DNA of 61,722 nt, counting the filler, from Collodictyon triciliatum (lineage: Eukaryota), in assembly GCA_043381765.1 (NCBI GenBank). It is 5 parts of 5 records of this genome, joined end to end, with 100 filler letters (N's around TTAATTAATTAA, not from the genome) between each part and the next. Parts side by side here need not be neighbours in the genome. Positions count along the whole stretch, not along the records: positions 46,914 to 61,722 come from JBHJMP010000349.1; 4 more parts are not named here. The stretch is one strand, 5' to 3'. The notes beneath the pieces were generated by a model that saw only the letters and a list, made by a program, of their open reading frames with translations, made no database searches and had not been told where the DNA came from. This document shows positions 51,166 through 61,722 of this stretch, piece after piece (within the stretch, counting starts at the first letter, position 1; each line of letters opens with the position of its first letter). The translations under genes and the position numbers were made by a program.

Positions 51166-54104
51166 TTATGCAACCGTCTCTCGAAAATTCAGAGATACAC
51201 GACGCTTCCCGAGAATATCCTCGTTCATGATTCCATGCTTCCTGAGAACATTAGATTGCTGCATTAATCATTCGAAGGAAAATGAGCTTACAGCATGTGT
51301 TACAATTTACAATTAGTCAATACGATGAAGCGCAAGACCATCCAACAAATTATATCGCGAGTGTGAGTCCACGCGGATATTCATTATTGTGTCAGCTTCC
51401 AAACTGCTGATGTAACAAAGGGGTTTCCTTACCAATTGTACCTCCCGTCTCCGCTTGTGACTGTGTAAGTAGAATAAGCGCCAGATGAGCGGTGACGGTA
51501 TTTTGCATGTGAAGAAGGAAAGAAAATGACATCAGTGTGCATCTATGTTTTTTTTTTTTCCCTCCTTTCCTCTTCTCTGAGCACATCGAGTAGTCTAAGA
51601 TAGATTATGCAAGCGAGAAACAGTCGTATCTGAGGCATTCGTGGTTGCTCACCCAGGAGAGACCTTCGTGGAAGCAGAGCCTTCAACTCCCATTCATTGA
51701 ACTTGTCGTGCTGGAATCTCATGAAGCCGTCACAACACAAGGACAAAGTGATGACGAAGTCCCCTGAAAGCTGGCGGTCATCACAGTGGAGCCTGAGGGA
51801 GTGTCCCTTACGTATTAAAGTAAACTTTTAAAATGTTTTTCGCCTCTTTTCAAATCCCATATGTGTTGTTTTTTTAAAGGGGAAGATTTACTTTCCTTTT
51901 TGAATAAGAATAATAATATGAATAATAATCATGATCATAACAATAATAATCTGCTTCACATCGAGCTTATTCAGATAGTTTTTTTTTGTTTTTATTGCAG
52001 GAAAAAAGCAACCTATTCACTACCTTGTTTTTGTCATACTCGATGTAATTGGTAGAGTCTGGTTTGAATTCTTTAAGCTCAACTACAGATTCTCTCATCC
52101 GTTCAAATAAAAACTAAGGTATAAAAATATTATACGAATATTCCCGCGCAGAATCCCTTAACTAAGAGATATTCATGTCGTTTAGGCAGCTCACATTAAG
52201 GTAGGTTGGAAGTGGTGCCGTATTTTCACGGAGTATGCGCCTGTTTGCGCGGTCCCAAATGAATCCGTAGACTTGCGATCTGTGATTGCCCCCATGGTGA
52301 GAGGGCTGCATTATTTTATTTTTTTTGTGATTAATAAAGGAAGGTTGAAGATTATGTCTCGGTGTGAGGGTTATTCTCAGTCCAAAGAGCTGCTCCAGAT
52401 AAAGTCAAACCATCCAACACCCAGCATCCACATTGGCCACCAGCACAGATTCTTCATCTTCGCTATTCGAAAGGATAGTTTGCATCAGGCCCTAAAACAT
52501 CAAAATAATCCAAAAATTCGTGGTGATTGTATCACATCAAATAAAACCTTATGAAATCGTGTATGACACGTATGCCATGGAGTCTGACACTGCCGTAAAA
52601 TGTGCTCTTTGCTTTGTACAAGAAAAATAACAAATAACAAATGATATGCTGAATAAAGCGCTTTTGTTTTTAATGCAAGATAGAGATTCGCCTCCATCAT
52701 GCTTAAAAATAAATATCAGAAATGTTAACAAAAAGGTAAAGATGAAAAAGTAGAGTAGCGAGCCAGAAAATGAAGCTCATTTACCATCACACAATTGGTA
52801 TAGTGTATTTTGCACTGAGTAATCAGTATTTTCTCCGTGACAAAATTGGTGGATGTGTTGGCTGAATTTATATTCCGGTATACGGTCCCCACATTTTTGA
52901 CACAGGCGCATCTTAAGCGGCTCACTGGAGTACGTATCTTTTATGCTTCCAGAACTGAAAGTGCTAGAATAAGATATAGGCCATGCAGTAGGGGAACTTG
53001 CACTTTCTTCTGCTCCATGCATCTTATTTTCTGCAGCACCGAAATCTCCATCCATACATAATTCTTATATAATAATTAGTACATTATGAAGCAATCGTCC
53101 CTTGAAACTAGAAAAAATAAGAATAATGATACCTTGATATGTTGCCGAATTTCTGTACGATTTGGCAGCCATGTCTATTAGATCCTGAACTAGCTTCAAT
53201 TCCTCCTCGTAGTCACTACCTATGCGTTGCGTTGACAATTTATTTTGCCTTTGAGGGACTGATAATTGATTTGAATCGTTTTCTGACCCGTCAAAATCAG
53301 ATTGAAAGGAGGCTGAAGGTTCATCGATTAATCGGTCTATTGACCCTGGGCGATGTTCCTTGAGAACCGTGTCTGGCTCTGCGGCATTCGCAAAATGGAG
53401 CGTCTTCGGCATACAACCCGTGTCCATATGTTGTTCAATTGAGTAGTATCGCACAGATTTTTGACAGATTGGACAGGTAACAAATCCTGACCCGTTGAAT
53501 CTTTCGTACAAGGAAAGTTTTTGGCTATGCTCATCAGTGCTATTGCCCACCTTCTTGATGGAATTAATCACTAGTGCATCTGCACCCATCTTTATGATTG
53601 CGGAAGATAAGGATGTTATAATCATAAAAATTATAGACTTGAATGAAAAAAAAATCAGGCGCTGTGGAAAGCGCCAATAGTGTTTTGATAACAATGTGAT
53701 AAGCTAGGAGAATAAAAGACAAACGATCATTTTCAATGCGAAAAGTATTGCCCATTTCAACTATCATGTGCTGAAAAACTCGCTGCAAACACAGTGTGGA
53801 AGCATTTTTGTTTCAGGAAGAAAATCAAACCATTTGTACGAGCGTTTTCTGGCTGGTCTTCTTCGCATTTGAGGGCTTGGAAACTCGAGACTCTTTCGGT
53901 TGCTGTTGTGAGCGCGATTTTTTCATCTGTGAAGGAAAGCTTTTTTTGGCCGATGGGAAAGTAAGTAAAAAGGAGAAGGGGCTGATTTGCATTGAGAGAC
54001 AATGGGTTTGCCTGGATGAGACTGTTGTGTGATGCTTTCTGATGACATGTGGTGTGCTTCATCATCTTCGACGCCACTTGCTTTCTTGCAAGAGCAGCAA
54101 ACAT
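51166..54104 (-). CDS. AlkB-family Fe(II)/2-oxoglutarate dioxygenase with N-terminal UBZ4-like zinc finger(s)
   Basis: CPICQKSVRYYSIEQHMDTGC and CQKCGDRIPEYKFSQHIHQFC fingers, then GIRVIHDFISEDEESVL, RSQVYG, LRLHCDD (HxD), LLPRRSLLVTSGDGRYNWKHGI (distal His) and RRVSLNFR (RxxxxxR). TAA at 51166-51168. Start ambiguous (ATG 54104 or 54048). Confidence 0.85.
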
Positions 54105-54950
54105 CACACGAAGCCGACACACAAAGGCAGTTCAAACCTATATATAACTTCCGGCAACCACCGACACTTCGCCGAAGCACTAAAAAAAAAAAAAAAACAG
54201 GGCAGAATAACGGAACGACAAAAGTTTTTATTATATCTGGAATTTAATATGAAATATTTATTTATCATCAAATTACTATATAATAATCAACTTAATATAA
54301 AATTCACAATATTAATTTTTTTTTATTCTTCCTTTCAATTTTGTGCAGGATGGTGAAGATGTTGGCAAATTCACAATATTAATATACTCAATATAGAAAT
54401 AAATAAATTCAGCATCAACCTATGTGGGTAGGATTATAGAGCCCTTACTAATATGGCAATAGGAACCAGAATATTCCCAAATAATCCAATTAAGACATGA
54501 TTAATAGAATATTCAGTTTTAAAGTCTTTTTTGGATTAGTTTTGTCCGCCACAAGCGTTGATTCGTATCATTTTTTTTTATTTTTGTCTCCGTATCTTTG
54601 GGGTTGCCCGTGTATAAATAAAACAAAACAAACAGAAAAAAAAAGCTAGATTCACAAAAGCCAGCAACAACCAAGGCAACACTCGCGACATAGTCGCACG
54701 AGTTGGTTATCTAGCCAGTCCAGAGCGGAACGAATCGTTGCCAAGGCAGGAACATCAGCGAGCAAGCAGCAGAAGCCCGTCGTTGTTGTCACTGCGCCTG
54801 AATCAATTGGAGCAAAAAGCCAAAAGCACTGCTCTTTCCTCGCGAAAGGCCTTCGGAAAGGCTCACAACAATTTCTATGCAGGTTGAAACGTAGGGTGAC
54901 CCGCCCCAAAGATATCAGTTCTGCCAATCAGCAAGAGAAGCCCCCGAAAG

Positions 54951-57900
54951 ATGAATCAGGACATCACGGTTGCCATATCCACTCACCCGATGCCTGAGCC
55001 TGTGGTTGGTTCTCCACCCATGAGACATACCCCAGATTATCCGCGCCGCTCCTCCAATTACTTTTCCGAAAGTCAGGTAGGCGATTATCATCGCATGTCT
55101 TTCCTTTTCTGTATTTTCTTTTTCATTTTTACATTACCTTCATTTTTTCTACTTCATGCACTCTTTTTGCTTTTTTTTTTCTGCTTTTATTTTCATTTAA
55201 TTTTCTTCGTCCTTTTTGCTTGGGAATATCTACACGATGCATATTGATAGGTGAACTGACATGAACCTCCCTAATTATTTGTAAGGACGCCACTGGTGCA
55301 GATTTCAGCGCTAGAATGGAATGTGTGCGGCAGGTGGTATCAGATCGAGGACTGATGCACCCCTCACGGGTGAAAGGAGAGACAAACTGGTTCTTCAAGT
55401 ATTCACTCACATATTTTCCAGAATCCCATAGTTCGTTCAATTATATATGTATGAAAGCACGGCGGTGAAAGCGGCATAAAAACAATAACTTTATATCAAA
55501 GCTCGCTGGGACTGGATGACTACTACTTCAAAACGGTTTCCGACCATGATATTGCCTCGCACATTCTCTCAATTTACTCTGCCAAGGTCCTAGCGCAAAC
55601 TGCAGGAGATCAATTCAATTTGCGCATTCAGACCGAGCATGCAGAGGACGCTTTTATGTAGTCCCCAGCCTCCCTGGCGTTCTTCATGCTCCATCCCAGG
55701 CGATTGAATATCGCATCGAGCTCAATTACCTCGGAGAAGGATAGTAAGTTGTGCATGTATAATATTTAATGCTCATTTTTCCATGTATATATATTAAAAA
55801 TTCATTAAAAGCGAATCAAATATTTTCCAAAATATTGGCAAATCGGTATTTTTATTGACTAAATATGTGAACCATTTCCATCACTATTATTTTTAATAAT
55901 GGAAGGTGTTTGGTGCGAATTCCAATATTTAATTGTTAATCGCATTAGCGTTCTAAGGAGAGAAGTGGGATTCTTACCAAATCCCAACGGATATAGAATG
56001 CAAGTTTATCGAACCTTAGGACCTGTTTCTCCCTCATCTAATATGCACCTTCGCTTCTACTTCTTACAAGTACCCCTTTTTTCTTTTTCTTTTTCTTTTT
56101 CTTTTTCTTTTTCTTTTTCTTTTTCTTTTTCTTTTTCTTTTTCTTTTCTTTTCTTTTCTTTTCTTTTCTTTTCTTTTCTNNNNNNNNNNNNNNNNNNNNN
56201 NNNNNNNNNNNNNNNNNNNNNNNNNNNNNNNNNNNNNNNNNNNNNNNNNNNNNNNNNNNNNNNNNNNNNNNNNNNNNNNTTTCTCTTTTCTTTTCTCTTT
56301 TCTTTTCTCTTTTCTTTTCTCTTTTCTTTTCTCTTTTCTTTTCTCTTTTCTTTTCTCTTTTCTTTTCTCTTTTCTTTTGGTTTTTTGGTTTTGTTTTTGC
56401 TTTCGTTTTTGCTTTCGTTTTTGTTTAGGTTTTTGTTTAGGTTTTTGTTTAGGTTTTTTCCAACATGAAGTCTTCCGGGACAATTATTTTATTTAATAAT
56501 TAATTTTTTCACCTTAAAACTTACAACAATAGGTTCCGAAGTATCCGGAAGGCAAATATTGTGATGGAAAGATGATCGACTTGGAAGCTATTAGCGATAC
56601 AGTCTTCTACTCATAGTAAAAGAAAGTTCCCTTTAAAAAATACACCCAATTAACCTTTCTTTCTCATGAATTCCTTTGCTATGGCGAATTCCTTATCAAA
56701 TTGAAATTACCTCTATGAATCGACAGAGCGTCTGTTAATACGAAAGAGCTGTTCCAAACCCTTTTGGAGGAAGCAGTATGTTTTATCTTGGGATATACCT
56801 GTCTCACCCATGCGCATTAAATATCTAAAAAATTGTGTCTTTCAGAACAAACAACTTGGCCCCGTATCTCGCGTATCGGTTGACCAATCTACTCAGGAGG
56901 TGCGTCTCGTTGTGGCGTACAGACATGGGACAGTCCACAGCTTCTTTTCTGGGATATCATCGCTGTGAGAAACTTTGTATTATTGCAATGTCCAAATAAA
57001 TGTATGCAAAGCAAGGAATAATTTAACGGTATCTCATTTTTATTATTGCAGGTATCACCATCATGGTTTCTATTCCACACGAAAGTATGTTGAGCGCTTT
57101 TCAAATGGGTTTGTGATATACAGCATTTACTTGAAGCTCCTGCAAGTAAATGAAGCTGACTTGGAATTGTAAGTTACAAAAAGAAAATATATAAATAAAT
57201 CATCCTGGCTGGAGTTAGATACATGCATTATAATCTACCAACCTTGAGAATAACAAGCACATACAAACACAAAATTATAAAACGAAAGGGCTCTTCACAA
57301 GCGCAGCCAGGCACTTAACGAAGAGGTAGACGAGATTTTTGATAAAATATAAAAGCTTTTCTCTTTTCTTATGTAGCCAAACGCAATTATTCAAAGTCCC
57401 TTCGCGTAAAAAAATAAAAATAATAAACCTCTAGGTCGGATTGGTCTATATCCTTCCTCGAACCTCATTGACTGAGCTTCTTCTGGAGGAAAAACTTACC
57501 GCATCAGAAGTTTCGTATGCTTACTGCGCCTGGAAATTTGTTCATCAATTCCTAAACAAGTTATTCAATTTCATCTTTTGAACTTCATTTATTTCATCTT
57601 TTGGACCCTTGTCGCCTTTGTTTCTTTTTACATATACATTTACCACCATAAGAATTCAATTAATTCAACTAACTCCTATTACAGTTTCGACTCTGAGTAC
57701 TCGGAAGTTTTGTCTGTCCTCAAACGTGACAACGAATCTCTAGGGTTGTTATCAAAGCTTCGTATACGCCTCCGTGATGATGCTCTTAGTGAAGGTTTGC
57801 TTAAATCTTGTAGGATTGGAGTATTTTTTTCACTCGATGATTTATTTCATGTCCTATCTCTCATTATTCTTTTTTATTTTTGGAATACAACTCTTTCGAC

Positions 57901-59167
57901 TTTTTTTAGAAGAAAAGAGAGCAAAAAAAAAAAACTAATGCTTGAGAAAATTATCCTTGAAATTATACAGACCGCATAAAGGAAGTTTTGTTAACGTATC
58001 CAGATGCGATTAGAGAAATGTGGGTGAAATGGTTTTAAAAAAAGAATCTTGAACTGTATTCGAAAACTCTTCAATGACTGGAATCCTGATAACTATACCT
58101 TGAATAGGTATTATGAATTTGCATCGCGACATCAGAGGGATAAGAAATCTTTTGATGAACAAAAATCACAGTCAATACTTGCAAAATATAAACGCCTTGT
58201 TGTCAACGGTACACTCCAGATTTCCGATTAATTCATTTTGCCACATACATACGTTTTTATCTCAATCCATATAATAGACTAGAGAATCCTTAACTATTTA
58301 ACACTACAGAATTCAGTTTTCAAGTCTTCTCCGCCATCTCACTTTTCAATAAGCATATTTTGAAAACAAACTTCTTTAAAGAATCAAAGACAGCTCTTTC
58401 ATTCAGATTGGATTCATGTAAGTCATAAATCATTTGAATCATATTTTCTTTCGATTTACTGATATTTCGGGAATGTACACAGCTTTGACTGAAACCAGAA
58501 AATCATATTTACATCGACGGTTATTTGATACATATTATCTTTCGACGCCACAGCTTTTCTCAGCTCTCGAGATTTTCAGACTCGCCCATTTGCGGTGTTT
58601 TTCCTCGTAGGGTCAGAGTTTCGGGGATTTCACGGTAAAAACAAAATCGCTCTTTTATCCTCGGAATCTTTTTGTGTAGTATAATTTAATAGAATAAATA
58701 CATGACCATATTATTACGGATTCTAAATTCACCTCTGAAGGTACGATTGATTGATTGAGTTTTTTTTGTTCTTTATCACGATAGTTCGATTTGATAACGT
58801 TGCAATTGGTGAAATCCGCATTATTCGGTCAGCAACTCCTCAAGTACTTCCATCATTCTCATTTAGTTTGACTCTCCTCTTCTTCTTTTTCTTCTTTTTT
58901 CTTTTGGATAGAATATGTTAATTTATGTGAGACATGAAATATGAAATAAATCCCTTATGGTTTCAGTTGGATAAATCAAAAAAAATTAAGTCACCCAGAA
59001 ATCATTTTTTGTAGCAATACCCCACAAACGTGAGCAATGTATTCCAAGAGAATTATAACCTGGCTCACACACAACAAAAGAAGAACAAAGATATACCAGA
59101 GGGAGGCTCAAAAGGAACTATGTAAACCTATATCCGGCAGTCATGAAATTTGATTCCTGATTAATTC

Positions 59168-59202
<35 letters not shown>

Positions 59203-59316
59203 NNNNNNNNNNNNNNNNNNNNNNNNNNNNNNNNNNNNNNNNNNNNNNNNNNNNNNNNNNNNNNNNNNNNNNNNNNNNNNNNNNNNNNNNNNNNNNNNNN
59301 NNAAAATCAAAAAAAA

Positions 59317-59355
<39 letters not shown>

Positions 59356-61722
59356 TTTTTTAATTTGGTTTTTTTTTTTTTTTTTTTTTTTTTTGTTAAT
59401 TATTAAATAAAGTATCATCAATTTTGTGATACAGTTTGCTATCTTTGGAACATCAAGATAAAGGCGTCACTGCATTCCGAAAGTACATCGATTCCATTCT
59501 AGATATGGTTCGTAAGGACAACACTCACCCATATCGCATCACCTTGATAAGTTAAATTATTTCTCCAATTAAAATGGAACTTGTTTCCGATTGCAATTAG
59601 CTGCTGCCCACGGGAGATATTATAGACTACTACGGTCAACCAGAGATTCTTTTCTTGGGTCCTGATGAAGGTGAGCCTATAGGCCAAACAGGAACTTGCT
59701 AAAAGTGAAATTACATTTTATAAAAGCATTAAAAAAAAACTACTCTCTAGGGACTGCGGACTACATGGATTGGGCGTCTGAGCATGCTCGTTGTCGCGGA
59801 GCTCCATTTTGGAAGGCATTTACAACTGGAAAATCAACCAGCAGAGTGGGTTTTTACTTTGCATACTCCATGTAACGTTATGGCCTGATGATTTTTTTCT
59901 TTTTAAAATACTATATTGCTCAATTCTCAGGTGTTGAGCTTGATTTTGTTAAATCTTTATACATTTTTATAACATGATTGATAAACCTGTCTAGGGAGGT
60001 ATCCCCCACGACATGTATGGGATGACCACTCGCTCAGTTCACCAGTATGTACTTGGAATTCTTGAAAAAGAGGGTATTGAAGAGTCGGCATGCACAAAGT
60101 TTCAGACAGGAGGCCCTGATGGCGACCTTGGTAGCAACGAAATTAAAATATCCAAGGATGTTCTTGTGGGCATCGTTGATGGAAGCGGGTTCGTTTATTG
60201 ACATATATCTTCCATCAATATAACTTATTGAATATTCCCTTTGTGACGCAAGTGGATAGAATTCCACCCTTTTATCGCAAGTTACTTAAAAAGACCTTGT
60301 GTAACTACAGAGTCCTATGCGACCCTAATGGAATTAATAGGGAAGAAATAACACGATTGGCATCACAAAGGCTAATGGGTGTGCATCTTTATCAAACAAC
60401 CAAAACCCCCATTACAATTAGCAATTTTGACAAAGTCACTTTTAATTGATCTTAAAGTCTCTCTGGTGTTACGTGTCTTTCGTTCACATTATTTTTTTTC
60501 CTTTTCGTTCACAAATTTTAATATCATTTCAAGACCAAAAAATATTGAATAAATGGTAGAAATGTGACGATTTAATTGAATTGAATTGGCTTTAGTTAAA
60601 CACTTCAATAAAGAGAAACTGAGTCAAAAAGGGTTTCTTGTATTAATTGAAGAGACAAATGTCACTCTCCCAGACGGAACTTTGGTGGAAAAGTAGGATA
60701 AATATTACATAATTAAAATATGCTATCATTTCATCACATTTATTGTATTTTAACTCGAAAGTACTCTTTTTCTAATTAAATTATGCTTAAGCGGTCTCAT
60801 GTTCCGAAATAACTTCCATCTGACACGCTTTGCTAAGGCCGATATCTTCGTTCCTTGTGGCGGTCGTCCCGAAGCTATTAATGAGGGAAATGTATGAAAT
60901 ATCAAAAGTCATAAACACGCGTCCACAACGAAATTTGCAATAATTGTCATAAATACAACCCAATTATTTGAATTCTTTTGCCAAGATTTGTGACAATTCT
61001 TTTCCAATCATGTCAAAGGTTGCACTTTTATGCGACCCTGAAACGAAACAATGCAACTTCAAGGTATTCATTTATGAATTATTTTGATTTTATGTACGAT
61101 TATTCTGGACCAATAAAATGAAAGTAATATTTAAATTGATGACATATATCAGTACATCATCGAGGGTGCAAATCTCTTTATTTCTGCTGGAGCAAGGGAG
61201 CGTTTGGAAAAAGTTGGAGTTATTTTATTTAAGGATTCCTCTGCTAACAAAGGTAGCACACAAATATAATATTTACATAGCCTTCAGAAATGTGCAATTT
61301 CCTATCAAATCGTAAGAATTGGAAAAGTTTTCCCAGACTTTATCATTGTTTTCGTGGATGATCTAATCGATTTATTTTATCTAGGTGGTGTTACGTCATC
61401 TTCTTTGGAGGTTCTTGCTGCTTTATCCCTCAATGACGAGGAATTTCATGAGCACATGATGGTCAAGGAAGGTAAAGGGGCATCGAATCGATAACTAGCC
61501 AAAGAAATTCCTGTAAACTCGGTTTTTTCCATTTGTTCGATTCAAAGCGTGTAAACTTGATTTATAACCAATATCTTATCTTTTACTTTTACTTCTTCCT
61601 TTCATTTTATGTTTTTTATGTTTTTTTATGTTTTTTATGTTTTTTTATGTTTTTTTATGTTTTTTTATGTTTTTTTATGTTTTTTTATGTTTTTTTATGT
61701 TTTTTTATGTTTTTTTATGTTT
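54951..61722 (+). CDS. GDH2: Large NAD-specific glutamate dehydrogenase (GDH2-type), 3'-partial; carries an apparent frameshift and an in-frame stop (possible pseudogene)
   Basis: WFFNSLGLDDYYF, RKYVERFSNG, FNKHILKTNFFKESKTALSFRLD, VGSEFRGFHVRF, ENYNLAHTQQKKNKDIPEGGSKGTI, FLGPDEGTA, AFTTGKS, GGIPHDMYGMTT, QTGGPDGDLGSNEI, FVPCGGRP, IIEGANLF, KDSSANKGGVTSSSLEVL. Confidence 0.93.
56077..56459. repeat. (TTTTTC)n/(TTTTC)n/(TTTTCTCTTTTC)n compound intronic array spanning an N gap
   Basis: Directly visible in a GDH intron. Confidence 0.93.
61605..61722. repeat. (TTTTTTTATG)n intronic array
   Basis: Directly visible; same unit as the array at 39273. Confidence 0.93.

Noticed and set aside
54650..54950. 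Open frames upstream of the GDH ATG, including the antisense ORF 54652-54927
   Set aside because: No ATG-initiated, motif-bearing product, and an in-frame TGA at 54897 precedes ATG 54951; most simply a 5' UTR.
56614..56727. Stop-codon reassignment as an explanation for the in-frame TAA/TAG in GDH
   Set aside because: The other stitched genes show no in-frame stops, and TAA, TAG and TGA all terminate genes here, so the code is standard.

Overview
AT-rich, extremely intron-dense eukaryotic genomic DNA, probably from a protist (organism not identifiable by eye), read with the standard genetic code. It comes from a draft assembly with many N gaps, four of which contain an artificial TTAATTAATTAA spacer. 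Manual exon stitching gives 11 spliced genes in order: a PAS/multi-TM TmcB/TmcC-like gene (5'-partial, +), a type II membrane M1 aminopeptidase (+), a PiT/PHO4 phosphate transporter (+), a TPR protein (-), a membrane protein with two degenerate class III nucleotide-cyclase domains (-), a TMEM94-like P-type-ATPase-related protein (-), a DUF2961/GH172 glycoside hydrolase (-), a large Kelch/CUB/Cys-rich protein (-), an F-box/LRR protein (+), a UBZ-zinc-finger AlkB-family dioxygenase (-) and a large NAD-specific glutamate dehydrogenase (+, 3'-partial) with apparent disabling lesions. The most notable observations are the TMEM94-like gene directly upstream of the pseudo-cyclase across a gap (possible fusion), the intron-containing GH172, the UBZ-AlkB architecture, the lesioned GDH, several GC-AG introns, and microsatellites that are T-rich on the + strand regardless of gene orientation. 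No RNA genes, transposons or CRISPR arrays were recognised. All family calls rest on motifs recalled from memory, not database searches, and gene ends next to gaps are approximate.
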